Virus record (IMG/VR): IMGVR_UViG_3300047160_010653
Location: 1-64,000 of that record
Direction: 5' to 3' (one strand)
Length of the DNA stretch: 64,000 bases
Source: a virus
Lineage: Duplodnaviria; Caudoviricetes
The stretch's first letter is position 1. Each line of letters starts with the position of its first letter. Positions 29,273-38,404 of the stretch are shown in pieces. Made by a program: the position numbers and the translations under genes. Under the pieces are notes generated by a model. It was not told the DNA's origin. It saw nothing but the letters and a program-made list of their open reading frames with translations, and did no database searches.

Positions 29273-29509
29273 TTACGACGACGTTACCGCATGCAGTTGG
29301 CGGCCTTCGCCTTCGGCGCGCTCCTTGCCGCGCTCCGCCGCCTGAGCCAGGGCAATGTTTTTCTGGATCGAGCGCAGCCGGTCGAGAGCGCGAATGGTGC
29401 CCTGCATGGCCGCGGCGAGGTTCTCCTCTTTGACAGAGCGCGCCACGTCCTCTAATTCGGTGGCGATCTCCTCGATGCGGTTGCATACGACTTTGATCAG
29501 CTTTTTCAT
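29273..29509 (-). CDS. Hypothetical coiled-coil protein
   Basis: GGAGGA RBS, MKKLIKV... Confidence 0.55.
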   Translation of the reverse strand: MKKLIKVVCNRIEEIATELEDVARSVKEENLAAAMQGTIRALDRLRSIQKNIALAQAAERGKERAEGEGRQLHAVTSS

Positions 29510-29724
29510 TTGGTGTCCTCCTTGATTGGTTCCGCCCCGCGCGCAGCGTTCCAGCGGTAGTTGACTGGCTCGTCTGAGGCGACGACGCGAGTGTCTCTCA
29601 CCAGCGTCCAGCGCCAGGACAGGTCCTGGACGTACTTTTGAGCCTCGTCCTCGGTGGCGAAACGCAGCATGTTGCCGCACCACTTACCGCTGCTGTCGGC
29701 GATCACTTCAGCCTTGAATGACAT
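29506..29724 (-). CDS. Conserved hypothetical phage protein
   Basis: MSFKAEVIADSSGKWCGN.LRFAT..EA..Y..DL..RW; GGAGG RBS. Confidence 0.65.
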   Translation of the reverse strand: MSFKAEVIADSSGKWCGNMLRFATEDEAQKYVQDLSWRWTLVRDTRVVASDEPVNYRWNAARGAEPIKEDTK

Positions 29725-29743
29725 TGGTTTCCTCCTGGGTTTC

Positions 29744-30097
29744 TCAGAACGGGACTGTTTCTCGCTCCGACTGTTTCGGCTTTGTCGTTTCAGCAAGGAT
29801 GAACTCCACGTCCACGACATCGCCATCCTTGAGCGAGTGCCAGTTCTCGTAGATGTAGTTGTGAGCGACTTTGAAAGTGCGATCCCTCCAGCCGTAGGGA
29901 TCGTTCCAGCAAGGACGGCCACCAGCATCGAGCGGCGTCATCGCTATGTTGGGATTCCCATCGCATGGATATCCGCACCGTCGCAGGAGGTAGCGCTGGG
30001 CTTCCCAGGCTGAAGCAACCCCTACAGGGTTCATGTCGATGCACAGCATCGGAATGAACGTATTGGAGTCTCTGATCTCAAGTATCTTGACGTTCAT
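29744..30097 (-). CDS. Conserved hypothetical phage protein
   Basis: KILEIRD..TFIP.L...W...T...AH.YI..NW..LKDGDVVDVEFIL.E. Confidence 0.65.
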   Translation of the reverse strand: MNVKILEIRDSNTFIPMLCIDMNPVGVASAWEAQRYLLRRCGYPCDGNPNIAMTPLDAGGRPCWNDPYGWRDRTFKVAHNYIYENWHSLKDGDVVDVEFILAETTKPKQSERETVPF

Positions 30098-30372
30098 GGT
30101 GGTCGTTGTCCTCCGCAGACGATGCCTGCTGCGGCATCGCGGTTGTGAACGAAACGGTCCTGGTCCCTGATGGTTTGCAGCAGGGTCTTGGCGTCCCGGG
30201 CTTTCTCGGGACGATTGGCCTTGCGCTTGCGCAAGGCGCGCAGGATTTGCGTGCCCGACCAGTTGTGATCGGCCTCCCGCAGGGCGGCACGAACCGCCCT
30301 GGGCAGCTTGTCGAAATCGGCCATGCGGCTCGCCGTCATGGGGCCGAGATTGTTGCTGTTGACTTGGTGCAT
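30094..30372 (-). CDS. DUF6525-like protein
   Basis: MADFDKLPRAVRAALREA...WS pattern. Confidence 0.55.
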   Translation of the reverse strand: MHQVNSNNLGPMTASRMADFDKLPRAVRAALREADHNWSGTQILRALRKRKANRPEKARDAKTLLQTIRDQDRFVHNRDAAAGIVCGGQRPP

Positions 30373-30382
30373 GGTGGGTGGC

Positions 30383-30589
30383 TCAGTTGTTGCGGTGCCG
30401 CGCATACGCCTTGCGGGCGTAGGCGAAGGCGCATCGCAGGGTGCAGAAAGGATTGTACTGGTGCACCCAGGTGGTGCCGTCCCACGGAGACGGCCTCATT
30501 TGACCAGCAGGCCAGTGATTGTACTTGCGGCCGCATTTGCGGCCGCAGTGAACGCAGACGGGGCGCGTTTTAACGGTGAACGAGTACAT
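30383..30589 (-). CDS. Small Cys-rich (zinc-binding) protein
   Basis: CVHCG...FCTLRCA. Confidence 0.5.
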   Translation of the reverse strand: MYSFTVKTRPVCVHCGRKCGRKYNHWPAGQMRPSPWDGTTWVHQYNPFCTLRCAFAYARKAYARHRNN

Positions 30590-30897
30590 CAGAACACAAG
30601 CTCCGGTATCTTCACCGCAGCGCCACCAGGGCGCGGGGTGCGGGGCGGCGGGGTTGGGGTAGGCACCTTGGCGAACGGCTCACCGGTGGCCTCCGTAGGA
30701 GCAGGGCGGGGCGGTTCAGGAGGGGTAAGGCGCCGGACCGGCGTCCAGGTCACCTCGCGGAGCCGCTCGCCGTTGCTCATGCGGTCCAGGATCGCGATCG
30801 ACGCGGCGACGATGCCACGCTGCGTGGTGATGTCGTCCTCCGGCATGAGCCAAGGCGACCGGGACAGTTCGGTTTGCAGATTTTTCCAGGAGAACAT
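30589..30897 (-). CDS. Hypothetical protein with Pro-rich tail
   Basis: AAGGTAC leader; TGATG coupling. Confidence 0.5.
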   Translation of the reverse strand: MFSWKNLQTELSRSPWLMPEDDITTQRGIVAASIAILDRMSNGERLREVTWTPVRRLTPPEPPRPAPTEATGEPFAKVPTPTPPPRTPRPGGAAVKIPELVF

Positions 30898-30951
30898 GTA
30901 AAAGTACCTTTGGTTGGGGAGGGGAGGGGGAGCCGTAGCTCCCCCGGGTTG

Positions 30952-32061
30952 TCAGGCCGCAACACGCTCCTTGAAGCGCGGCAACAGCAGACCGGCGGTG
31001 CGCTCGAAGTCGACCCGCTCGTCCTGCCACGGGATGGTCTTCGCGTAGGCCGTCGCGGCGGTCACTACGTCCCACACGGTCTCGATCGGCCGGTTCTCTT
31101 CGGCCATGTGCGTGGCTTTCAGGCTCTCGACCTTGCCCTTGCCGAAGCGAGTGGCCAAGAACTCGTCGAGCTTGTCGGCGACGTTCTGCTGGCGTGCCTC
31201 CGCAATGGCCTCGATGATGTTTTTCGAAGAACCCTGGGCAAACCGGTTGATCGCAGGCATGATTTCATCAAGCCAGCGGGTGGGCGCGCCCGAGGTGTGC
31301 CGGACTTTGATCTCCTGGAAGTCGACGCCGCCCCAGATGATGCGGTTCATGCACAGAAAGTCGAAGTAGACCGTGCCGACCCGCAAAGACTGCTTGCCGA
31401 CCTCCGACTGCGAGACCATCAAGCCGCGGCCGAGCGTGCCGGTTTTGCCGTCACGACGGTTCGGGATGTCGATACGGTTCTGCTCGTCGCAAAGGAACAC
31501 AAACATGTCCCGGTCGCTGGCATAGAGCGTGGTGTTCTCCTTGGTGACAGGGACTTTCTTGCCGAACTCACCAGGGATTTGCCAATTCTCCGGAAGATCG
31601 AAAAGGGCCTGGGTTATCTCGTCGTTCCAAATCCGGCCATACCCAGCCGAGGTCACCGCGTTGAGGTGGTTGCCGCTGTTGCGGTGCAGGAGCAGCTTGC
31701 AGTCTTCCTGCAGCCCGAGCTGGCGCCTGCGAATCTGCAGGCCGTAGTTCAGGCAATCCGCCGCGAGGGGCGAAGGCAATAGGCGCAGCCCGTTGGGCTG
31801 CAAACCTGGGATTTGGGCGGTGCGCACCAGCTGATTGAACGCCCAGTTGGTAGGTGCATAACCAACCTTTGACGGACCTTCGACGGTCAGGCCGCGATTG
31901 TCTTTGGCCGGAACGACGGTGAGGCTCTTGGGGTCGATCGTGACCTCCCGGCTGTTCTCGTGCACGTTCTTGAAGTGGGCGTGCATCTCGGTAAGTGAGG
32001 TGTAACGCTCGTCGGCAGGACGGGCGGCCCACTGGTTAGAAACGGTCATCGCGTCAAACAT
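30952..32061 (-). CDS. DUF932-domain protein
   Basis: QWAARPADERYTSL...YGRIWN...TTLYASDRDMFVFL...SEVG...FDFLCMNRIIWG...IRH. Confidence 0.8.
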   Translation of the reverse strand: MFDAMTVSNQWAARPADERYTSLTEMHAHFKNVHENSREVTIDPKSLTVVPAKDNRGLTVEGPSKVGYAPTNWAFNQLVRTAQIPGLQPNGLRLLPSPLAADCLNYGLQIRRRQLGLQEDCKLLLHRNSGNHLNAVTSAGYGRIWNDEITQALFDLPENWQIPGEFGKKVPVTKENTTLYASDRDMFVFLCDEQNRIDIPNRRDGKTGTLGRGLMVSQSEVGKQSLRVGTVYFDFLCMNRIIWGGVDFQEIKVRHTSGAPTRWLDEIMPAINRFAQGSSKNIIEAIAEARQQNVADKLDEFLATRFGKGKVESLKATHMAEENRPIETVWDVVTAATAYAKTIPWQDERVDFERTAGLLLPRFKERVAA

Positions 32062-32246
32062 GACTTGGTCCTTTCACTTCAGTTCACACGACGGCCTATG
32101 CCGCCGTGTCCGCATGATGCGGCTGGAGAGGCAGCCATGGCTGTCCCTCGGGTCGCGTCACTTCATCATCGGTGCCGAGAGAGCCGGAAGGCCGACTGGA
32201 CTGACATCCGAGACTGATCAGCTACTGCACGATCAACCTGGTCTGT

Positions 32247-32275
32247 AATATGCCACTGCCGCTAGGTAATGTCAA
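32247..32275 (-). promoter_or_regulatory. Sigma70-type promoter driving the leftward early operon
   Basis: Minus strand TTGACA-17 bp-CATATT. Confidence 0.6.
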
Positions 32276-32296
32276 TGTTTTCGAAAAAGCGTGTGT

Positions 32297-32725
32297 TTAC
32301 AATGGTTTACCGAACAGCATTTGCTCAATCGTGTTCCAGTGCCACTTCGCCGGACCCCCGGCGCACTGGATCAGCGGCTTGATCTCGCCGAGCCAAGCGC
32401 CGTCGTGAAACTGACGCAGCGCGCTGGCAGGATAGAGCAGCAATTCATCGATGGTTTTGTCGTGGCGGCGAATTGCCAGGAACACGCGACCGAAATGGCG
32501 CACGCGGCGCTCGGCCCAGGCGATCTGCGTGGGGCGTATCTCAGAGCAACGGGTAAGGGTCTTGCCGGTGGCGCGCTTGCATTCGATCCAGACTTCGACC
32601 CCAGCGAAGCAACCGTTGAGGTCGGGGATACCGCCGCCTGTTGCTCCTGATTCGATACTTTGCCAATGAACGTACGGCAAATATTTTGGAAATAACGAAC
32701 GAAGGCCTTGGTCCGCTCTACTCAT
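32297..32725 (-). CDS. VRR-NUC/Holliday junction resolvase-like PD-(D/E)xK nuclease
   Basis: ESGATGGGIPDL...VWIECK...IRPTQIAW...R...G. Confidence 0.8.
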   Translation of the reverse strand: MSRADQGLRSLFPKYLPYVHWQSIESGATGGGIPDLNGCFAGVEVWIECKRATGKTLTRCSEIRPTQIAWAERRVRHFGRVFLAIRRHDKTIDELLLYPASALRQFHDGAWLGEIKPLIQCAGGPAKWHWNTIEQMLFGKPL

Positions 32726-32893
32726 ACGGCATATCCCGGGGCACCAGGACGGGGTCACGGTCGGTCGGCTGATGAGTTCGCTGCTCGATCTGGCGCTCGG
32801 GCTTCGCGCATCAGGCGGCGCTGATCGGCGCGAGCAAACTCGATGATTGTCTTGGCTGCGCCGAGGTCCATGGATGGAGTAGCGATACGCTCG

Positions 32894-33136
32894 TTATAAA
32901 TCGCCATCGTCCCAGCTCCAGTAATTGTGGGCCAGCAGCCACTGTTTTGATCCACGACGGTACTCAATAGGGAGGTTTTTCACTGCAGTGATGCATTGGT
33001 GAAAGCAGATTTCCATCACGTGGGGATCGCTAGGCGTGGGCTGGCCATACTTGCGGCCGACCTCCATCAGAGCTTGGGGGTCCTTGAGGAGCGCGGCGTC
33101 GCGTTCCTTGTTGTAGGCTTTGATCGCTTCAGACAT
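32894..33136 (-). CDS. Hypothetical protein
   Basis: AAGGA RBS, MSEAIK... Confidence 0.55.
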   Translation of the reverse strand: MSEAIKAYNKERDAALLKDPQALMEVGRKYGQPTPSDPHVMEICFHQCITAVKNLPIEYRRGSKQWLLAHNYWSWDDGDL

Positions 33137-33277
33137 TCGTTTTCCTTTCAAACGCTGGGCAACGGTAACGGCTGTCGGTTTTCTCGCCAAACGACATGCT
33201 GTCGTGCTTGGTGCAGGTGCCGACGTAAAGGCGTTCCTCGACGAAGCAATCAAAGAGTTTGAGGAGAAAAAGTGATC

Positions 33278-33305
33278 TTGACAATAGGCAAGTAGTGCCT
33301 ATATA
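33278..33305 (+). promoter_or_regulatory. Sigma70-type promoter with overlapping operator-like inverted repeat
   Basis: TTGACA (33278-83), 16 bp, TATATA; TAGGCA-agtag-TGCCTA palindrome in the spacer. Confidence 0.6.
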
Positions 33306-33389
33306 CGTGATGGCGGAGCCGCCTCCCCGCCCTCGGAGGGACCGGCGAGACTAGGGGCCTCCCACTTCCCTCCAACGAAAGGAAACCAA

Positions 33390-33521
33390 ATGACCTAGCC
33401 CGGCCTTGGCACGGTGCCAGAAAACGGCACCGTCTACTTGGAAGGCCCGCACTACCCTGAGCCTCATAAATGGTACGCCCAGGGCACCATGGTGAACGGC
33501 AAGCTCACCAAAGTCAAATAA
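33390..33521 (+). pseudogene. Truncated small phage gene with in-frame TAG at codon 3
   Basis: Strong RBS (AAAGGAAACCAA) then ATG ACC TAG CCC GGC... continuing as PGLGTVPENGTVYLEGPHYPEPHKWYAQGTMVNGKLTKVK*. Confidence 0.5.
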
Positions 33522-33621
33522 TCCCGGGGGCTTCGACCCCCTCTTTTCAGGAGAGATCAATGAGCTTCAAGAAAATCAAAACCATTACCAGCCACGTGGA
33601 CTGGCCCGCTGGCTGGCCACC

Positions 33622-33879
33622 GTGAGCGAGGAGCCGGTGGCTTACCTCGCCCGTCTTCAGGTCAACGACATCCCATCGCCCTATGCCTACAGCCCGACCA
33701 AGGATGTGTACTCCTGGAAGACCGCGCGGCATCCTGAAGGGCAAATGGTGATGTGGTTCGAGACGCGGCACAAGTACTTCGAGATATTCGAAGTACCCAA
33801 AAGCTTCTCGCCGATCTTCAACACCGAAGAGGCTGCTTCGAATTGGAACTTCCACCATGACACCGAGATGCGCACATGA
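33622..33879 (+). CDS. Hypothetical protein
   Basis: GTG start; high GC3. Confidence 0.5.
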   Translation: MSEEPVAYLARLQVNDIPSPYAYSPTKDVYSWKTARHPEGQMVMWFETRHKYFEIFEVPKSFSPIFNTEEAASNWNFHHDTEMRT

Positions 33880-34029
33880 CACAAAGCTGGATCATCATCT
33901 CACGTGAAACCGGGAAGCCGGTATTCGAAACTTTCACACGCAAGATTGCTGCCCGTGTCAACCTGGAAAAGTACGAAGTCCTGACCGCTAAGGAATGGCT
34001 CGTACGTTTCAATAAGCAGGTCAAAGCAA

Positions 34030-34248
34030 ATGACGTCGCGCGAGCTTGAGCTGCACCTCATCAAGCTCGACATGACGCAAACGCGGTTTGCCGAGCTGAT
34101 GGGCTACAAACCCCGCGAAGTCCGCTACTGGATAGCCGGTGGCCACCCGATCCCCGTGCCCGTCGCCATCCTGGCCCGGCTGCTCATGCTGGGCCGGATC
34201 ACCGTCACTGAAATTGACAACGTACGAGAAAGGAAACCCTTGAAATGA
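34030..34248 (+). CDS. XRE-type HTH DNA-binding protein
   Basis: LDMTQTRFAELMGYKPREVRYWIAG..PIP..VAIL. Confidence 0.75.
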   Translation: MTSRELELHLIKLDMTQTRFAELMGYKPREVRYWIAGGHPIPVPVAILARLLMLGRITVTEIDNVRERKPLK

Positions 34249-34439
34249 GATACCTAGTCAAATGCGGCTACCGCACCGCCACCGGCTTCCCATCGATGAC
34301 AGACTATCCCACGCACTTCGACACCGTCGAAGTCGAAGCCGATGATGTTCCGGCTGCGCGCACCGAAGCGATCGACGTCATGTACAGCAAGCACACCAAC
34401 ATCGAGCACGTCAAACCTATGACCGTGAAGGAAGCCTGA
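34245..34439 (+). CDS. Hypothetical protein
   Basis: AAAGGA RBS; ATGA overlap. Confidence 0.5.
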   Translation: MRYLVKCGYRTATGFPSMTDYPTHFDTVEVEADDVPAARTEAIDVMYSKHTNIEHVKPMTVKEA

Positions 34440-34477
34440 CTAACGCGCTCGCACAAACGCACAACGACAGTAAATTC

Positions 34478-34924
34478 TCATCCTCGCTCTTCCACCAGCC
34501 CACGCAGGTCTCGCAACAGATCGAGCGCTTCGACTTCAGCCTTCGCAGCGCGCTTGGCCGCCGCACAACGAGCGGCCGAGACAGGGGGAAGGGCGGGGGC
34601 AAACCCGGCTCGGGCTTCATATCGCATGTGGCCCCCGCCCAAGGCGGCACCGCCGACCTGGGCATCAAGCGTTTTTTGGCCGCCTTTTGTATTGGACGCG
34701 GCAGAGTGAATCTGGGGCTCAACCGCCTTGTGGCCGCGTCCGCGCTCGGCATGCGCGCTCTGGGTTTCACCTCTGTCATGGCCGAGCTTGTTCGTCATAT
34801 CGTTCTGCACGTCCTGCAGGAACGGCAATGCCAGCGCGTCGAGCAGCGGTGGCTTGTCCTTGATGCGCTTGACGAACTCGCGGAGCGCCTCGGGCAAAGA
34901 CCGGTCACGCAGCGCCTGCCGCAA
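34478..34924 (-). CDS. Hypothetical protein(s)
   Basis: ORF track; start uncertain, may be two genes. Confidence 0.35.
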   Translation of the reverse strand: MRQALRDRSLPEALREFVKRIKDKPPLLDALALPFLQDVQNDMTNKLGHDRGETQSAHAERGRGHKAVEPQIHSAASNTKGGQKTLDAQVGGAALGGGHMRYEARAGFAPALPPVSAARCAAAKRAAKAEVEALDLLRDLRGLVEERG

Positions 34925-35234
34925 TATAGAGCGCCGAGGTTGCGACGTTGAGGCCCGCGCGTTTCATGGCTGACGAGATTGCAGTTTCTGTCATGGTTCA
35001 TCTCCTTTGAGAAAGTGACGGGCCAGCAGTGCAGGATTGGTTTGCACAAAGACCCTGGCTGGCCCGAGACGGTGGCAGTTGAGGGCTGGGTTTCACACTG
35101 CGGCTGGCCTCCGTCATTTGTCTCGGGCGGGAAGGGGACTAGCGAGGTTAACCTTCCCGCCCGCCGTGGTCCCGGCGGGGCACCAGGGTGTCCGGTCTGA
35201 GTTCGGACCTAGGTTTGTGCCGGGCACGGGAACC

Positions 35235-35594
35235 TCATGAAAATTTCACCATCAGTTCGAGCACGCGGCGCGCACAAGCTTCGGGGTCGATCGAAGCAAA
35301 TGCCGCTGCGCTGGCCCGGTTGTCTTTGTGATGACCCTTGGTCGGATCGCGGCCGGTATTGATGCGCCAACCAAATCGAATGGTGTTCTTGCCGTCTGCG
35401 GTGGCCACTTCGACAAACGCCCCCCTCCCACTGGTGGTGCGGCGGCGAACAGGGTTGCCGTTTTCATCGTAGACATAGTCCGTCAGCCGAAGAGCGCGCA
35501 GCTCGGTGCGCCGCGCCGAACAGGTCTGATGCGACATTCCGAGGCGATGTTCGCATTCTTCGCAAGTGGTTCCCTGTGGCATAGGAGACCTCAC
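35235..35594 (-). CDS. Hypothetical protein
   Basis: GTGA overlap with MazG-like gene. Confidence 0.45.
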   Translation of the reverse strand: MRSPMPQGTTCEECEHRLGMSHQTCSARRTELRALRLTDYVYDENGNPVRRRTTSGRGAFVEVATADGKNTIRFGWRINTGRDPTKGHHKDNRASAAAFASIDPEACARRVLELMVKFS

Positions 35595-35872
35595 AGTCTT
35601 TCATCGAGTTCGAGCCTTGCTGAAGATTCATTGAACTTGGCGCGCACCGCAGCACCGAGGTCAATGTCGAATTTCCACGCCAAGAGGTCGGCGATAATAA
35701 TCACATCAGCCAGTTCCATGGCGAGGTCGCCCACATCGGCGCGGCTGCCACGCATGCCCCAGGCTTCGCGCGCGAGGTCGGCGAGGCGCTCAACAACGTC
35801 CGGGTCCCACTGGCGCTGACGTGCAACGTTGCCGAGCCGCAGCTCGGCGAATGTCAGAGGATCGATTTGCAT
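35591..35872 (-). CDS. MazG-like nucleotide pyrophosphohydrolase, apparently lacking its first ExxE helix
   Basis: LRLGNVARQRQWDPD...GMRGSRA...LAMELADVII.ADL.A....IDL..AV..KFNE.S. Confidence 0.65.
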   Translation of the reverse strand: MQIDPLTFAELRLGNVARQRQWDPDVVERLADLAREAWGMRGSRADVGDLAMELADVIIIADLLAWKFDIDLGAAVRAKFNESSARLELDERL

Positions 35873-35894
35873 GGTTGCTTGCTCCCTTTGATTC

Positions 35895-35910
35895 GTGATA
35901 TCAAAATCAC
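35895..35910. promoter_or_regulatory. Operator-like inverted repeat GTGAT-N6-ATCAC abutting the RHH start codon
   Basis: gtgatatcaaaatcac immediately before ATG 35911, between divergent genes. Confidence 0.45.
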
Positions 35911-36120
35911 ATGAACAGATCAAGATCGCAAAAATCCAAGAGCGGACGGCCGAAAACAACCGGCCCGGGGGTTCCGGTGGTGGTGCGCATGCACAAAGCG
36001 CAGTTGCGGGCGATTGACCGTTTCCGCGGCCCTGAGCTTTCACGTCCTGAAGCCGTTCGTCGACTTGTCAGACTGGCGCTAAACAGGAGCAAGACCATCA
36101 ATGACAGACACACCACGTAA
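35911..36120 (+). CDS. Ribbon-helix-helix regulator
   Basis: GRPKTTG...VVVRM...L.AID.....LSRPEAVRRLV..AL. Confidence 0.7.
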   Translation: MNRSRSQKSKSGRPKTTGPGVPVVVRMHKAQLRAIDRFRGPELSRPEAVRRLVRLALNRSKTINDRHTT

Positions 36121-36364
36121 AATCATCCAAGTCGCCACCAGTGATAACTGTATCGTCGTACTTTGCGATGACGGCAGCGTGTGGACGCTACCTGAAGAAA
36201 GCACCAAACCTGGATGGTGGCGAATGCCACCGATCCCACAAGAAAAAGACTATGAAACGACAAAACGACAAGACCGTGAGACAAGTAAAGCCAACAAAGA
36301 AATCATGAAGATAGCTGCCGAGGCCGGGTACTTCGACATACTAAACCGTGTCAAGGAGAAATAA
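36101..36364 (+). CDS. Hypothetical protein
   Basis: AGGAG RBS; IVVLCDDGSVW...W..MPPIP. Confidence 0.6.
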   Translation: MTDTPRKIIQVATSDNCIVVLCDDGSVWTLPEESTKPGWWRMPPIPQEKDYETTKRQDRETSKANKEIMKIAAEAGYFDILNRVKEK

Positions 36365-36367
36365 AAA

Positions 36368-37588
36368 ATGCCGTCAAGACACTCCGCAGTAGCCGGGGGC
36401 AGCAGCGCCGCCCGTCTCGTCAACTGCCCAGGCTCGACCGCCATGCTGGCACGCTTGCCGCCGGTGGTCGACCGCGATTCGTCCTACGCGATCGAAGGCA
36501 CCGCCATGCATACCGTGGTGGAGCAAGTCATCACTGGCAAGATGAAACTCAGCAAATTGCCGCCGACTGTCGACACTCACGCCGGGCCGGTCGAGATCAC
36601 GTCGGAGCTTGTCCACGACGCCCTGGAACCGGCGATGGACTACTGGCGCGATTTCAAATCCAAAGTTGATAGTTGGCAAACCGAGGTTCAGGTCGAGTTC
36701 CCAGGGATCGCAGATGCCTTTGGCACGCTGGACCTTCTCGGCCGCACCGAGAAAACCAACACCACCTATGTGACTGACTGGAAATTCGGCGCCGGAGAAG
36801 GCGTTCAGGCAGTCTATCCGGACCCGGATAACCCGAACTACGAAATCGTTAATGAGCAGCTCATGTTCTATGCTGCCGCCGCCCGGCACACGCTCCCCAA
36901 GCTGTTCCCGCCGGGCTGCCGTATTATCCTGACCATCGTGCAGCCGCGCGCCCGCGACCATGACCCCGTCACCAGCGCCGAGGTCAGCCTCGCCAATCTC
37001 GATGGTTTTGCGCATGAATTGCGCAATGCCCTCACGATAGCCGAGTACAAGGATGCGCCAATCAAAAAGGGACGCTGGTGCCGGTTCCAGCCGTGCCAGA
37101 CCATCTGTCCGCTGCATACCGGCCCTTTGTTCGACCTGGAGATCATCAAACCAAGGGAGATCACGGACAAGACCGAGGCTCTTCCAACTTACCAAGCTAT
37201 CCTGCTCGACATTCTCGACGCCGCACCCGCCGTTGAAAAGTTGATCAGCGAGGCGCGCACCCAGGCGCATCTGATCCTCGCCAATGGCGGCGAGGTGCCG
37301 GGCTGGAAGCTGGTGCAAAAGCGCGCCACCCGGCAATGGGTAGTCGAGCCCGAGACACTGGCCAGACGGCTCAAGCTGCCGAAGTCGAAGCTGTACGACA
37401 AGGAACTGAAGTCACCGGCCGGTGTCGAACGCATGCTGAAAAAAGGACAGAAGCTGCCGGATGGGCTGGCAGTGCCAGTTTCCTCCGGAACAACGATTGC
37501 GCCGGTGACCGACAAGCGTCCGGCGGTAACGGCAAGCCCGAGCGCACTTGCCGACATTCTGCTTGAGGCGGCCAGCAAAAGCGAATAG
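36368..37588 (+). CDS. DUF2800 PD-(D/E)xK (Cas4-like) exonuclease
   Basis: HS...GSSA.RL..CPGS...EGT..H...FGTLDL...DWKFG.G...QL.FYA...G.WCRFQPC...CP. Confidence 0.88.
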   Translation: MPSRHSAVAGGSSAARLVNCPGSTAMLARLPPVVDRDSSYAIEGTAMHTVVEQVITGKMKLSKLPPTVDTHAGPVEITSELVHDALEPAMDYWRDFKSKVDSWQTEVQVEFPGIADAFGTLDLLGRTEKTNTTYVTDWKFGAGEGVQAVYPDPDNPNYEIVNEQLMFYAAAARHTLPKLFPPGCRIILTIVQPRARDHDPVTSAEVSLANLDGFAHELRNALTIAEYKDAPIKKGRWCRFQPCQTICPLHTGPLFDLEIIKPREITDKTEALPTYQAILLDILDAAPAVEKLISEARTQAHLILANGGEVPGWKLVQKRATRQWVVEPETLARRLKLPKSKLYDKELKSPAGVERMLKKGQKLPDGLAVPVSSGTTIAPVTDKRPAVTASPSALADILLEAASKSE

Positions 37589-37633
37589 CCTCGGCCATAC
37601 GGCGATTCTGCCGTTTACCTGGAGCTTTTTACC

Positions 37634-38404
37634 ATGAACGACAACCTTGTACCTACCAACAGCAACGGCAACCTGCCTGACCATATCGGCCGCATGCAAA
37701 ACCTGCTCGGCGGTCTCGCCAACATATCACAGTCCATCGACGAAGCTGGTGGCGTCGCATCCGGACTGCCGTTCATCGGCATTAACGGCGACGGCGTCTG
37801 GGCCTACGGCCAGGATCGCACCGAGGTCGAGCCGGATTCGCGCTGGGCAATCGACATCCGCTCCTGCAAGCACGGCTACATCGCGTGGCCGCCGAACAAC
37901 ACGAAAGAGCGCAAGCCGCTCGGCGAGCGCATGGTCCCGGCCAGCATGCCGTTGCCGCCGGTCACCGACCTGCCGAACGTGGGCGCGCCCTACACTTTGC
38001 AGTTTTCTTTCGAAGTGCTGTGCCTGACCGGCGAGGACACGGGCACGATGGCGCTCTACAAGAACGGGTCCTACGGCGCCAAGGTGATCATGCAAAATCT
38101 GGTCGATGCCGTGCGCAAGCAGGCGCGGCTCGACCAGTCAAACCTGTGCCCGGTGGTCAAGCTCGGCATCCGCGACTATTTCCACAGCGAGTGGAAAAAG
38201 ACGATCTACAATCCGGTGCTGGACATCCAGAAGTGGATGACCTTCGAAGAGTTCGATGGTCTCGCAGACGGTGAAGACCCGCCGCAGCAACGCGTCGAGC
38301 AGAAACCGCAACCGCAGCCGCAGCGGACCGCGCCGCAGTCTGAGCCGCAGCCGCAGGTGACGCCGACAGGACGGCGGCGGCCGCGTACACAGCCGACGGC
38401 GTAA
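37634..38404 (+). CDS. Phage ssDNA-binding-like protein of the DUF2800-SSB-PolA module
   Basis: Synteny between DUF2800 and PolA; W.YGQ...E..S.WA...HGYIAW; CPVV.L....Y.H.....IYNP...I..W; disordered C-terminus. Confidence 0.65.
   Translation: MNDNLVPTNSNGNLPDHIGRMQNLLGGLANISQSIDEAGGVASGLPFIGINGDGVWAYGQDRTEVEPDSRWAIDIRSCKHGYIAWPPNNTKERKPLGERMVPASMPLPPVTDLPNVGAPYTLQFSFEVLCLTGEDTGTMALYKNGSYGAKVIMQNLVDAVRKQARLDQSNLCPVVKLGIRDYFHSEWKKTIYNPVLDIQKWMTFEEFDGLADGEDPPQQRVEQKPQPQPQRTAPQSEPQPQVTPTGRRRPRTQPTA

Noticed and set aside
33396-33398. In-frame TAG as evidence of amber recoding
   Set aside because: TAG is used as a genuine stop elsewhere (e.g. 2245, 2779, 16932 with tight coupling to the next gene), and no suppressor tRNA is seen
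36368-37588. Cas4 implying a CRISPR-Cas locus
   Set aside because: DUF2800 is a standard phage replication-module nuclease; no cas genes or array nearby
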